Shown in pieces: positions 40,091-53,797 of a DNA stretch of 64,000 nt. The stretch covers positions 136,659,606 to 136,723,605 of the forward strand of contig NC_068983.1 in assembly GCF_001194135.2 (NCBI RefSeq), read 5' to 3'. A program made the translations under genes and the position numbers. This DNA is from Octopus bimaculoides. Its lineage: Eukaryota. Position 1 is the stretch's first letter; each line of letters opens with the position of its first letter. The notes beneath the pieces are model-generated. The model was given only the letters and a program-made list of their open reading frames with translations, had not been told where the DNA came from and did no database searches.

Positions 40091-40747
40091 GCTGTTTCAC
40101 ATTTTGTCATTAATTGAATCAATAGCTAATTTGCTTTTCAGATACAAGAAGATGCATTGAGCAAATGATACTAGACTACTGACTTTCAATTTAGATATTT
40201 AGAATGCATTGTTTAGTCTTCTCAGAAAATACATTTCATTTAATTTACCATGGTAGATAGATTCATACCAAATGAAGAAATTATATTTTGTAGTTCATTC
40301 AGTTGATTTCTATATGGAAAAATAATTTTGTCATCAATTATAACTTTGAACTCTTTATCTACTTTTAAACAAATGGTTGCTTTATGACAAAACTTTAGAT
40401 ATTGAGACTTTTGATTGAAGATCTAAATCCTATTAGCATTGGATTAATTTGATATATTTCAGATGTCGATAAATTGTATCACAACATAATCTTAGGCATT
40501 TTTAGTGTTGGACACTTTAATAAATTCAGAGAGTAAAGAATGACTTCATCATCTGTGGAATGTCAGTTAATGAAAAGGCAACATCTAGAACTGCATATAT
40601 TTGGTTTAAAAAGTTATAGTTTTGGTGAAGATGTGAAAAAGGGAGCTAAAAAAAACTATCCTATATGATCACAAATATATTGGGTATTATTCATTGATTT
40701 ATCTTTTCATGTTTTAATTATTGCTTCTTTTTTTTCTTCTTTTACAG

Positions 40748-40894
40748 GGGGAATTACATTGTTTATAAAAATGGAGATGTAAATTACCCTGAACTGAGAG
40801 AAAGAGAGTGGACAAACAATGATTTCAATTTTGATGATGTTGGGAAGGCAATGTTAACGCTCTTCACAGTATCTACATTTGAAGGTTGGCCCAA
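40748..40894 (+). CDS. Cav1: Cav1 exon: repeat III pore loop with selectivity-filter Glu ([48 protein letters not shown])
   Basis: Long poly-Y/tttacAG acceptor and GTAAGT donor. 147 nt, phase 2/2. TFEGWP filter motif. Confidence 0.98.
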
Positions 40895-42413
40895 GTAAGT
40901 CCTCATACTTTAACCTGTTTATTGAAGACTATGTCCGTAATTGCTATTTCATTTGGTGTGGATCTCTTCAGCTTAGTCTATCAAATGTATGGTTATTCTA
41001 ACATTTATCAACTCCATTTTTAAATTCATTGCTTGGTTTTCAATATAATCTCTTTTGGTAACTTGTTAGACTGAATATTATGCAAGGTGTGTTACTTTGT
41101 GATTTTATTACAACATTTGTTAAATAAGAAAAGTGAATAGCCCTTCATCAATGGTTGATTTAATACCAAAACTTCAACTATTCATTAAAATTAATCATTC
41201 TCTTGACAAGGTATTGAAAATTAGAGACAATTTAAGTACCTTAAATTTCATGCATCAGTTTATTTTTAAAATCTAGAAAGCAAATATTTTTAACTGATAA
41301 CTTTACATTGTCATCATTATAGTTTCTAATTCAGGCATAAAGTACACAATTTTGAGGGGAGGAGATTAGTGAATACCACTGACCTCAGTACTTGACTGGT
41401 ACTTTATTTTATTGACCCTGGAAGGACGAAAAGCAAAGTTGACCTTAATGGGATTTGATCTCAAACATAAAAATCTGAAACAAATGCTAAAAATCATTTT
41501 TCTCCCATGCTGTAATGAGTCTGCCACCCTTTCATCATCATAACAACAACATTTTTTACTTTTTTAATTAAAAACTGTCGTAGTCAGTGAGGAAAGAAAC
41601 TATGACTAAAAAAAAACCCAAATAAAATTCATAATTTTTTTGTTAAACCAGATACTATAGTTCTTATGTACACATGCCAGCACAGCTACTGCAAAGATAA
41701 GCATAGCTGGACAATCTCGTCTAGGACATGCAACTATACAAAAGTATGCACAATTAGAAATGTGAAGATTCTTGGTCTTCCAAATAGTTCTTAAGTTGTA
41801 AATTTGGAAAGAAAAACTAAATCCTTAAAAATATATTATATATTTATATATACTAATTACAAAGATAATATTCAAAATAATTCCATAACAATAATTCAAA
41901 GTTGGAAAGAATAGAAGTATATGATAAAACTTTCTGCTCTTTCTGTTGTCTGCAAATAGAAATTAATGTTAATTAATCATAATATATTAATCTAATCAAC
42001 CTAAAAAACTTCACAAGTTATTTTTATTATTGATACAAAACTTTTCTACCTCTAAACATACTAATTTTGTATTTCTTTATTGTGTATACACACATAAATA
42101 AAGGTACTCTAGCATGAAAAAATGCAAGTTCAGAACTATAATGTGCTAAAAATATGTTTAAATTTTCTACATGCTACAAGTAGTTGACTGAGACCAATCT
42201 GAGTGTCATAAATAAATGTAATAGATAAATAAACAAACTTTTATTTTCTAATTAAGTAAACCATGTTAGCCTCCACCACCATGAAAAAAAAAAGCAGTAC
42301 AAAGTTTGTGAATAACTTATAAATATTTGGTGAACACAATGTTCTATGACAAGCATGTTGATAGTCTATGTCTGGATGTATGCACATATACACACACATG
42401 CACTTGTGTACAG

Positions 42414-42461
<48 letters not shown>

Positions 42462-42790
42462 ACACACACATGTATACATTGTACATCTGTTATATTAATG
42501 ACAGCATGTGTATGAAAAGCTAAGTTCTTTGCACAGCATTGTATATGATAAAAAAATATATGTATTATATTTACATAATGGTTTGTTGCACACAGATCAC
42601 TCAAAATTAATTTGTTAATTTACCTTCAAGTAAAACAGTGAGTGTGAGATCACATCAGAGTGGGAATAAGATCTATTTTTAACAAGAGTTGTATATATTT
42701 CTTATTTGAAAACTGGGAAAAGAATTTAATATTTGATTTCAAATTTGATCTTCTTTTGAAATATTGAACTGTTTTCTCTTATCTTTTCAG

Positions 42791-42992
42791 CCTTTTGTAC
42801 ATTTCTATTGACTCCCATCAAGAAGGTATGGGACCGGTTTATGACAATCGTCCTGTAGTAGCTATTTTCTATTTTGTTTACATCATCGTCATTGCATTCT
42901 TTATGGTTAACATCTTCGTTGGTTTTGTGATTGTCACATTCCAGAACGAGGGAGAGCAAGAATACAAAAATTGCGAACTCGACAAAAATCAG
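42791..42992 (+). CDS. Cav1: Cav1 exon: IIIS6 and start of III-IV linker ([67 protein letters not shown])
   Basis: cttttcAG acceptor and GTATGT donor. 202 nt. [12 protein letters not shown] and [13 protein letters not shown] are diagnostic of Cav1. Confidence 0.98.
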
Positions 42993-44134
42993 GTATGTTC
43001 TTGTTTGTTATTGACTAACTTCTACCTCCAGACCTTCTCTACATGAGCAGACCTTAGGTGGTATTAGATTCTAATGCTTATGCAAAACCCAAAGATCCAG
43101 TTACATACAACCTTTGCTACTTGATATGCAAGGGTCAAACATCTGTGTTCAAACTGTGGTTAGCTTCCTTTTATTGTATCCTAAAACTTTAGTCTTAAAA
43201 CATGTAGTCTTAATTTAAATTCCTAGTTTAGAGTGTGTATCGATCAAGATTTGGCTACTACAAGTCAGTCAGTTGTGTAACAAATTACCTTACTGGCTCA
43301 TTGATAGGTTTTCACTGTTAACTGTTTTACACCAAATATTCTATCAATTTTCTATTTCATTATTCTATTAATTAGTATGCATGTGTGGGTTTGTGCAAGA
43401 TCCATTTGCTATTATACAACTAATTTCTCACATTGATATATAGCTACAGATTTATAAAGGAAGAGAAATTAGATTCTGCAGCATTCATATCTTCCACTGA
43501 AAATCAAAATCAAGTTGTGGACTAATCTCATATCTAGTTTTTTCTCATCTAAAATACTCTCTAATATAAGTTGTATTTCTTGAGAGTTGATATGTTGTTA
43601 GTTTATTTAGTAATTGTTGTTTTTGTACTCATGTGAGCTTCAATTTACTTATCTATAACAACAAGTGTAATCAACACAACAGTTATTGACGATACCCTAA
43701 TTAAACATGAAACTTGTTCTTTTATTATACTATTTATTGAATCTATAGAGAAATTAGAGAAAAATTCCTTTGGACGGTTTAAGTCGCTTTGGTGGTTTTT
43801 TTGTCACCAAATAATTGAACTACCAAGAACATTTATGAGTAGCACAGCAATCTATGTTTCCAATTAACCTAGGAACAGAAAATCAAATTGAAGGCTGGTT
43901 ATTGTGGAAGGTGTTGCACTTTAATGATCATAGAACATATAAGTTTGCAAGCGATGCAAAGTAAAGCTACTGAAGTGTTTTGGGAGTAGATTACAGATAA
44001 AGACTACAAAATATAGTTGTTTTTTAAGCATATTTTGTTCGCTCTTATTTTCATATATAACATATAAACATGTACATCATTTGGAACATTGTCATTTTAT
44101 AAGATTTTGCTGGCAAATTTTTAAATTAATATTT

Positions 44135-44600
44135 ATTTACATGAAAGAAAATTACAGGAGACATAACAAGTGTTGGGCAGAAGTAAAGAATATACACACC
44201 ATCCATTTTCATTATTGCCCTAACCGTAACCCCAAACATCAGATGTGCATATTCTTTACCTTCACCCATGTGTTATGCTAAAAATAACAGCTAAATAAGA
44301 TTTTGGGGATAAATCTTTTAAATTAACATAAACATTTATTTATATGAAAGAAAATTACCGGAGACATAACACATATTGTGTTATTGTTGCACATAAGCAG
44401 TCAAAATAAATAAATGGACAAAATTCTTTCACTTTTATGAAATGTATGGAAGACCCTACATTACGCAGGAGCTCTAGGCAAAATGTTATAGTGCATGATC
44501 ATCTTTGGGACATAAGTAATGCACGTGTAAAGTTTGGTGAAAATCGGTTGAGAATTGTGGAAATGTATGTGTTAGTCATTATGCACACACATACTGTGAT
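44135..44600. repeat. Interspersed repeat with a 36-bp internal direct repeat (tttattta.atgaaagaaaattac.ggagacataac at about 44133 and 44336)
   Basis: The direct repeat is visible. The gtaaagtttggtgaaaatcggttg segment resembles Helitron/HINE-type satellite cores (inference). Confidence 0.45.
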
Positions 44601-44779
44601 TTATATATACTAGATTATGAAACAATTTTCATGTAGGCTTTGTGTTTCCAGTTATATTATTACATTTGACAAACAAAATCTTGAGACCCAAAATTATTTA
44701 GTAAAGAGAACTTTATTGATGCATATGCACCTCTCTTTCATATTCTTAATTTTTTATTTATCATTTATTTTCCTTCCAG

Positions 44780-44938
44780 AGGAAATGTATTGAATTTGCT
44801 TTAAAAGTTAAACCTGCCCGTCGGTACATCCCAAAAGCTCGCTGGCAGTATAAAGTGTGGTGGTTTGTTACATCGCAACCATTTGAATATGCAGTATTTG
44901 CTTTAATTATGATAAATACAATCACACTTGCAATGAAG
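44780..44938 (+). CDS. Cav1: Cav1 exon: III-IV linker and IVS1 ([53 protein letters not shown])
   Basis: tccttccAG acceptor and GTAAGC donor. 159 nt, phase 0/0. Confidence 0.98.
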
Positions 44939-45824
44939 GTAAGCTATTGAGAATTTTTTTTTTTCCATCATCGCCATTAAAATTCACTTTTATTTGTTGA
45001 TTGTTTATAGTCGATGTTAATAGTTTTAATTAGATCATCATTCTTAGACTGGAGGACAGAGGTAAATGAATTATATTAGAGGAGACTAAGATCCTACAAC
45101 AAACAATAGAATCTTACCTAAAGTTGCTCAAGATCACTGGAAGATATTATCAGAGAACAAAGGATGAAACTTATATCTTGAATTCATAGCCACCATCTTC
45201 AAAATCTTCCAAGTCATCAATCCTTACTAATGTTCCTTCTATTATTATCAGTATGCTCTCAATCAAGACCCAATGCTCAAGAGATACTTTAATCCTTTTC
45301 TCATTTCAACAATATATTCTAATTGCATGGAAAAATGCGAGCAAGAAAAATAATACTTTTAAGATTATAAATCTTGCAAAATACAGGACAAGTTATTGCA
45401 CTTAGAAAATTTCAGAAAAAGTTATTACATCTGGTAGATTACAGAACAAGAAAATTTTTACTTAAAATATTGCAGCTAAGGATAAAATTTCAAATATTAT
45501 CTGCAGCTATACATTTCTAGATTTATCAAATATATTTGAATATAAGCCATACTTGTAGAGATACATAATTCATTTTTAAAGTTATCCAATGCTTTCTCTA
45601 TAATAAAAGACTTTTCATTACACATTTAGGAGTAATGAAAACTAAAAATATTAAGTAAATTTATTATTTCTGTTTTTTAGCAGTGTTGATTTTTTACTTC
45701 ACTTTTTGTTATTTAGCTATATTAATATAACCAATAAGCCAATAAAGACATCTTATAAAACAGAACAGCACTATGCTTGAATCATTGTTTACCTTTCAGT
45801 TTATAAATTGTTTTCTAATTGCAG

Positions 45825-45935
45825 TATGATGGTGAGAATAAAGGTTACTCAGATGTGCTGGATTATCTTAATATGATTTTCACTGGACTCTTTACTGTGG
45901 AATTTATGCTCAAGTTGGCTGCTTTTAGATTTAAG
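45825..45935 (+). CDS. Cav1: Cav1 exon: IVS2 ([37 protein letters not shown])
   Basis: ttttctaattgcAG acceptor and GTAAGC donor. 111 nt (37 codons). Confidence 0.97.
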
Positions 45936-46819
45936 GTAAGCATTTCATGACTCATTGTTTTTTTTTTTTTTGTCAACAAGCTCTTTTGATTATGCATTGA
46001 TTATCAAAGTTTATGATAGTAACGTGGTAAGGAAGATAAAAAGCTGCCATTCATACCTTTTTGAAGGTCATTTGTGAAATAAAAAGACTATTACAGTGTT
46101 ATAACAGTTATTTGAGTTTGTTACTGTGATATAACGGTTGCCAGCCTGTCAGTAGAAGAGTCTACAATATGTATTTTGTCACTTGGTAAAGAGATTCAGT
46201 TCTTGGTCTCTCTTGTCCTAACTCTAAATAAGTACCTTGAAGAGATAAAGTTCACAACTATTTTCAGCAGAAATGCTGTGTAATAGTTAAAATTCTTTAT
46301 TATACTACATTAAGATCTATCTTATAGGAAATATTTATGATTAGGCTGATACCCTGTTGAAGAGGAAATATATCTTTCAACCAATCTTCATCACAAAAAC
46401 TGGTATAAACCCCAGTATACTGTGATATTATCAAGTATTGACATTCAACAAAGAATATAATTCAGGCAATGAATGACAACCAAATCATTGACCTTGTGAT
46501 CAAGTAACTTTTAAAAAGCTACACCAGTGAAAAAGCCTTGATTTAAAGTTTATTCTCATTTTGTACAATGTTATTTGAGCGAATATATGAAATTCATTAC
46601 AATTGCTAGTCAGTTATGTTCCTTCTGTTTAGTATATCTGAACTGATTTGATTCTAATCTTGTGTTGCTACTTAGACTTCTTTCTTACTACCACTAGAAA
46701 AAGTAAAAAAATTCAATTGTAAGATACAAGAGTTGAAATTTAGTCAGAGAACAAGCTCACACAAGAATTTACCAATCTGCCATAGTATCATCTAACTGCT
46801 TCTCCAGATAACTTACAGG

Positions 46820-46975
46820 CAGGGGCAGACTGAGCCACTGATCAATCTAGCACTGCCTGAGGGCCTGGACCTCTGAGGGACCTGCACTGTACATGTTAAC
46901 TCTACTGATATCAATGCTAAGGGGCTCGGTAAACAGTTATGCCCAAGGGCCCTTAATACTCTCAGTCTGCCCCTG
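46820..46975. mobile_element. hAT-type MITE, 156 bp, perfect 15-bp TIRs, 8-bp TSD
   Basis: TIRs CAGGGGCAGACTGAG (46820-46834) and CTCAGTCTGCCCCTG (46961-46975). Identical flanking CTTACAGG at 46812-46819 and 46976-46983. Confidence 0.92.
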
Positions 46976-48301
46976 CTTACAGGTCACTTCACTATTGATA
47001 TGAATCAATGAGAGAGTTACTGAGTATCTCTTGAGCTACTTGAAATGACACCCAAATGTCTCTGAAATTACATCCCCCTGTCTATACAAAAAAAGGGTTA
47101 TATTGATAGTGTGGTCTGAGATAAACTATATCTAAAAAGTCAAGGTGCCCATAACTTGATTGTTTTTGATAATAGGTCTACACAGTCAGTGTGGCTAGCC
47201 AAGCAACAACAGCCAAATAGATTTATTACCATTTGATAGATTTCTCTAGTCAAATATCCCCAGAATCTGAAAAGACTTGAAAGTTTTAATCAACCAGGAA
47301 AAGTTCTTACTACTTATCCAATTATGTATCATTTCTATATTTTTATACTTGCTATCAATATGATTTTTTTTTTTTTTTTTTTCAATATTTTGAGATTTGT
47401 GCTTTTGTATTTTCTCCTGTCTGAATAAATTACATCTGGCTTGTTATATACACAAGCTGCAGCAGAAATGACACAACATGCCCTGATTATACACCATGAC
47501 TGTTATATGATGAGTTAAAAGAGAAGCTTCTACAAGATTGCTTGATCTTTAGAATAGCAGCCAAATCTCTCTCAAATCACAAAAAAAATGTGGAAGAACA
47601 CATTGGATAATATAGTCTTATAAACACTATATTTGAAGAAATTGCAGGTTGTTCATATCATGAATGCCTCTGATCATAGATCTTCTTGGTTAAGGCTTAT
47701 CTGTGGCTAAACAACAACAGTTTTTGCATAATAGTAAAATGTAATATAAGAGCAGACTGAAATAGCAAATATTTGATCAGTTACCTTAACGCTATATGTA
47801 GAATCTGCTGAAACAGAGATAACCAACAAGACCTATCAGTATTTAGTCACTCATGATATATTGATCATTTAGTTTATGTTATAATCTGGTAATAATGGTA
47901 CGACTATGCTTTGATGAAGAAGGTTAAAAAAAGTGAAACACATCTGGAGTTGTCACTATATTACCTAATATCATCCCTCTCCCAAATTCATATCCATAAT
48001 CTATTTTTAACTTTAATTTATTTTTGTGAGTCGTCTTCCTTGCCTTTCTCAACCAGAATTAATTATTAATTAATGTGTATGATTTTAATTTATTAAAATG
48101 TCTTGCCTCACTATATTAAATGTGCTAGTATCAACTTAATAATTCAAATATACAACCATTTCAAAGACACGCTAAATAGTAATAAGTAATGATGTCCTGA
48201 TAACATGGATTTTATTCATATTTTCCTTTTCTTTTATTTGAATGTATTTTTCTTTTCATAATTTTTTAAAATTTTAAATGTCTTTGTTTCTTTTTCTCCA
48301 G

Positions 48302-48385
48302 AACTATTTTGGTGATGCCTGGAACGTTTTTGATTTCATTATTGTTTTAGGAAGTTTCATTGATATCATTTATACAGAAGTGAAT
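48302..48385 (+). CDS. Cav1: Cav1 exon: IVS3 ([28 protein letters not shown])
   Basis: ctttttctccAG acceptor and GTGAGT donor. 84 nt, equivalent to vertebrate exon 31/32. The IVS4 exon was not found before 64000. Confidence 0.98.
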
Positions 48386-51300
48386 GTGAGTATCTGTTCT
48401 ATCTTATCTATCACTCTATATCTATATATCTATCTATTTGTCTGTCATATATATATAGTTGTCTTTCTATTTAGAGAACTAACAGTCACAAGTTTCATTT
48501 TTGTTAACAGAATCTGAAGCATATTCCTTTAGAATTACAATCTACTTTAGAATACAAATATACAGTGATTTTTATATATCTTTCAATTCTAAGGCAATAG
48601 CATCATTGTTGCATGAAGTTTCTTTGTCAACTGTATTAAATTAATTTAATTTTATACTTAATTTGTTATTGTTGTTACTGCTTTTTTTTTTTTACATTTT
48701 AGTTTTAAATTTCTGGGGGTTTTTCTTTTGTTTATTTTTAATCCCCAAATATTTCATAACAAGACTATTCCTGTACCTGATCTCAAATGAATGCTGCTCT
48801 ACTTATGATCCAAGGATTGAATATATACAGTGTTTTTGAGAAAACTGAAATTAAATACAAAACAAAATGTTGTTGGTTCTGTTTAAATTTTGCTGAATCT
48901 GTTCTATCTTCTTCAAAGACTTACGGGAAAATTTTGCTTGCATTCTTAGCATGGCTGCTCTTCTCATTGATCTTAAGCATTAATATTTTGTGTTCTTCAC
49001 TCAGTTTCAGCGACATTAATTAATGAGAAATTGTTCTGTATTTTATCTGCTCCTGCTGCAACATAGGAATTAAATATTGGATCAGCATTTAACTTATTTC
49101 AATATTACAAGGTTTTTTTTTGTTTTTCTCTCTCTTCTTTTGTTTAAAAATTGACACTTTCAGTTGTTCAAACAAACAAAAAAGGATAAAAATTATACAA
49201 AAGAAACCAACAGTATTTGATATTTTAAATCATATTTTCTGATTCACTGTTTGCAGCTGTAAAAGGAGATTTTTCACACAGTGATATTTTCTTCAACATC
49301 ACTTTTTGTTTTATAGTGAAGGGGAATCTTTTTGTTATGTTGTTTGTTTACTGTTGTTACTTTGTGTTTTATATGTTGTTGGTATTTATATATTATCTTG
49401 TGAGTATTTTTATCAGTTTAGTTTGAATAAATCAGTTCAATTTAGTTCAGTTCATAACACACACATGCAGTATATATGTATACGCATGTATATTCACATA
49501 TATGCATAGAGTTTTAGTTTTTTTTTTCAAATTGTACTTCTCATTGCTCTCCCTTTCCCTTCATAAATGCTGCTAACTGTTTCTTTTCTTTTTCTTCACA
49601 TTTTTTTTATATATGCATAGCTTTTTTCTCCTTTTCTCATATATACATATATGGTGACTGTCCACCAATGTCCAAGGAAGATCATCACTGACAGACATAA
49701 GCTATTTATATATAAGTCAGTGACTGTGTGCTTCCAATTCATCATGTCTGCACACATGGTCATCTTCCCATTACCATAAGAAAATTAAAATAAAAACAGC
49801 CTTTTAAAAAAAGAGTACTGAAGTCAGCAATGCCCATGCAGAATTTTAATAAGGTTTGCACAACACCTCATAAAATTTTTTTACGCTATTGGTATGATCC
49901 AGAGACAAGCCTGAACAAGATATTTGGTAATAATAACAGTCACAGATCAGGAATGTAAGAGTCATAATCTTTAGCTAATGCTGAAGACTCCCACCAACAC
50001 TGCCAATGCAGTTTCCTGCATGAATTTTCTACTTGGAAATATGCTTCAACAGAAGCTAAGGAGTGCAATGAAAACCAATCCAGAATTTCTGAGTCCTTGT
50101 GCTCTTGCTAAATAGTTGTTGACTCTATGCTGGATCTATCCGCTCTTTTGAAATGTATTGTTTCTATCTTACTAGGTTTCCAGTAATTCTCTTTACCATG
50201 ATGAAGCCAGTTTAGCTGCCAGTGAACCAACCAGGCTATTGGTTGTACTGGATTACATGTTACTAATAACATTACTTGATTACATAAAGCACATGTATAA
50301 GATCATAATTAAGAAGAATAATATAATTTATATATACATATGATACATATATAATATTTATATGTATATAATACTTATATAATATATGTGTGTGTGTGTA
50401 TTATTATATCACATACACCTACATGCACATACATATATGATTTTATTTTTTATTTATTCATCTAATTATTTACCTACTTAGGTATTTATATATTAGTTAT
50501 GTTCATTTTTTTTATTCTTTTTTAATTTTCAATATAAATTTGGAAAATAAGTGTTGACTTTGCTATTTTCCATGTGATTGTTTCTTTATATGACAATATG
50601 AACTATTTCTGCTATCCATTTATTTGCTATTGTTATTGTTGTTTTAGATTTTCAATTTTATTTCTGGAGAACTGAACTGTTGTCTTAGAGACTTGTGTAT
50701 GCTGCCCTGGTGCCATATCATTTGCTATTGAGCTGTCTGAATTTTTTTATTATATTTTGTTTCGTCCAGCAGGTTTTAATATCAAGAGAATAACACTAAA
50801 CCTCCCATTCTCTAAACAAAACATCACTTGTTATTAGCTTATTTACTAAACTTTTTTTTATCACCCTGCTAAATTCAACATCATCCAGTTAATATAATGC
50901 ATTTTCCAATTCTACATTATCTTGACAAAGTAAATCTCACTTCATACTGTCTACTTTACAGTAACAAATGCAACATTACTTCCATTAGATTATGTTAAAT
51001 AATATATTACCTTACTAATTATCACTTCAATAAAGTGAGTATTACCCTATAACTGGATTTATCAAATTAAGATGTATGGTGTATTTAATAATTATTATCA
51101 GTTGTTTATTGTTAGCTCCAAATTAAGCTGTCAGTACCTTGAACCACATATGGTAAACTCAGCTATCAGTACTGATAAAAATTCTAACAAATCATGTTTT
51201 TATTTTATATTATGCCACCTTTATCCATGTCATACTGTTAAAATAATATACAAGTTATTAAGCTGTGCCATTTTTATAAAATCTGTTTTCGTCCTAATAA

Positions 51301-51944
51301 GCAATGTGTCATGCTATGTTAGACCATTAAAACAATACATATCTTGGTAAACACTATCAAAATCAAATAAAACAAAATCATTACTGTTCTAAACAATATG
51401 TTACTTTTGTTATAGCAATAACCAACATATAGTAATTTCTAAATAGTATGACAACTTTATGACCAATGTGTCACTGGTACATAGATATATGACATTGTTA
51501 AACAGCATCATGCAAACATCATTTAGCACTGTAATATCGCAACAGATATCTTCTCAATCTCTTTTTGCTATCAGAAAAATGTGGATAGTTCCTATAGCCA
51601 TAAGGTTCTCTCATGTCAGAGATCATTTGAATAATGACTTTCTTTCAAAACTTTATACTTATAAAAAAGTTTTTATCAATCAGTAGGTTACTGCATGCTA
51701 GCGATTAAAACTTTACATACTTTTCGTGTATGTGTTCATGGATATGTTTATTTTCATGCCCCATTTGGGGTTTTTTTTTGGTTTTTTTATAAACTCATAT
51801 GGATTGGTTGTTTGAGCAAATTCGAATATTTGCATGATCTTTGCCTTCTTACAGTTCATAACAATGACCTTTCTCTGCAGTGCATCATGGAACCAGGTTA
51901 TGCTTTGAATAACCTTATGAAGGAAAACTTTCTCTCTCTCTCTT

Positions 51945-51977
<33 letters not shown>

Positions 51978-53627
51978 TCCATACACACTCAGCAATTTCT
52001 TTAAATTAAAATTCTGTTAGAGAATGTAAATAAATAATTGCAACTGAAGCATTTATTAAATATGCAGGGGCTACACTAGACAAACCATTACAATTAAAGT
52101 ATGATAGGTGAGTAAACTGTTGGGTAGTAATGATAATAATAATAATCATAATATTCCTTAGCAATTTTATAATACCTAATACCTAATTTTATAGACCTTG
52201 TGTAGTATAAAGGTAAAAATTAGACTACCTTTTTGGTTCTATGAAATAAGAGATATATCAACTATTTCATTCTCATGCCTCCAGGCACCCGTGTTTGTCT
52301 ATTGGAGGAAAAGTAGCAAAACATTTGTGGAAAATTTCCAGGTACTCTATTAGCTTTTTAGTTAGTGGAGTATTTCCCTCCTACCCTATTTATTTAAAGT
52401 TGCAATCTAAAATTAAGTACTTAAGTTTTGTAACTTATGACATGATTATAGTTAATGCCAGTGCCATAAATTTTAAATTAATCTTCTATATCACTAAACT
52501 AAATTGTTGAAGCTGAATGTCAACAAGATATCTATTAGCTGAAAGTTTTACAATTTTTAACTTTCACTGGCTCATTCTTCACTTTACTGAAAATAGGTTC
52601 CATGGTGAAAGTGCAGCTTACCGCTGTAATAGCTGCAAGGCAAATGCACAGTTGACTTGCAATATCAAGCTCAAAATCCTACCATAGGTACAGTATAGAG
52701 AAACACTCTTCTGATATCAACAGGAATAATCACCCATTGAAAGATACATTTGGTTAGGAAAAAGAACTAATACTTTCTTGAGACTGATTCTTTTAACTGA
52801 TTTCATTAACAGCAAGATTTCAGAATTCTGCAACACCATCACTTTTTATTTACATAACTAATACTTTAAATGGAATATTGCTAACTAAATTATAGCCAGA
52901 TTCCTTTCCTTGTGCTAGCAGTTGTTACAGTAGGCAAAAATATAAATTTTTCCACTGCTATTAGAAATGATACTTTCACAGGCTTTACACCTATATCTTA
53001 CTTTGAGTAAAAGCAATTCTTCTTTATCCAAACAAATTAGGCACTGATAATATAACTTAAAACATTTTAAGAGGTAATTAGATAAGTAGATTTTATCAAA
53101 TTATGTAGAATGTAATTAAAAGCAAACAGAATCAATATTCAATTATTTTGACAATCAATTTGAACTTTAGCATTAAAGAAATAAATTTAGAAAATTGCAC
53201 TCAGAGTATTCAGTGAAATTATAAACAGAGGATATCCTTAAAAATATCTATACTAAAGTCAGCTAAATAAGTAAACATATTAGTGCACGGTTTTTCTGTT
53301 TACTGCTACCATGACATGTTTAGTTTCTTAATAACCTAAAACCAAACCAAACAACACAGTTCTTTATGAGATGAAACTCACCAGGATTATATTTTACACA
53401 CTATATTTTATAAAAATACTATCACTGTATTTTATGCTACCAAGTTAATCTTCTTTTTCTGCACAATTTTCTGTTAATTTTTGTGCCTTTCCTATTTACA
53501 TTGCATGTTTTTTCTTTCTTTTTAATTTTTTCTTTTCTTTTTATTTTTTCTCAGTTTTTCTCTAACTGAAGTATGTAATATCTAATGAATTCTTTCTTGT
53601 TCATTTACTTATATTCTTTGCTCTCAG

Positions 53628-53639
53628 CGAAACTCAGAG
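53628..53639 (+). CDS. Cav1: Candidate 12-nt microexon in the IVS3-S4 linker (CGAAACTCAGAG = R-N-S-E)
   Basis: Pyrimidine tract with TGC just upstream of the AG (atattctttgctctcAG), branch-like TCTAAT at 53581, donor GAG|GTTTGT. Phase 0/0, no stop. Preceded by about 150 nt of T-rich tract. No transcript evidence. Confidence 0.55.
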
Positions 53640-53743
53640 GTTTGTTTTCTGTTTCAAATAAATCCACTGGGTTATTGCTTCCATTGATTTAATGTGTATT
53701 TTACAATTTTGTTGTGCTTTTATATACATGCATATATACATAT

Positions 53744-53797
<54 letters not shown>

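Noticed and set aside
45800-45824. Upstream alternative acceptor (acctttcAG) for the IVS2 exon
   Set aside because: It adds 25 nt (frameshift), and the 111-nt form matches orthologues.
49621-49653. 33-nt in-frame segment (LFSPFLIYTYM) after a good branch/poly-Y/TAG, the same size as Cav1.2 exon 33
   Set aside because: The content is poly-pyrimidine plus (TA)n, hydrophobic for an extracellular loop, and the donor (GTGACT) is weak. Worth only a quick junction-read check.
50770-50772. 3-nt CAG microexon or NAGNAG acceptor
   Set aside because: Donor GTTTTA is poor, and read-through hits TAA after 7 codons.
53555-53570. 16-nt segment between ctcAG and GTATGT just upstream of the 12-nt candidate
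   Set aside because: Not a multiple of 3 and contains an in-frame TGA. It could be a poison exon, but nothing supports that.
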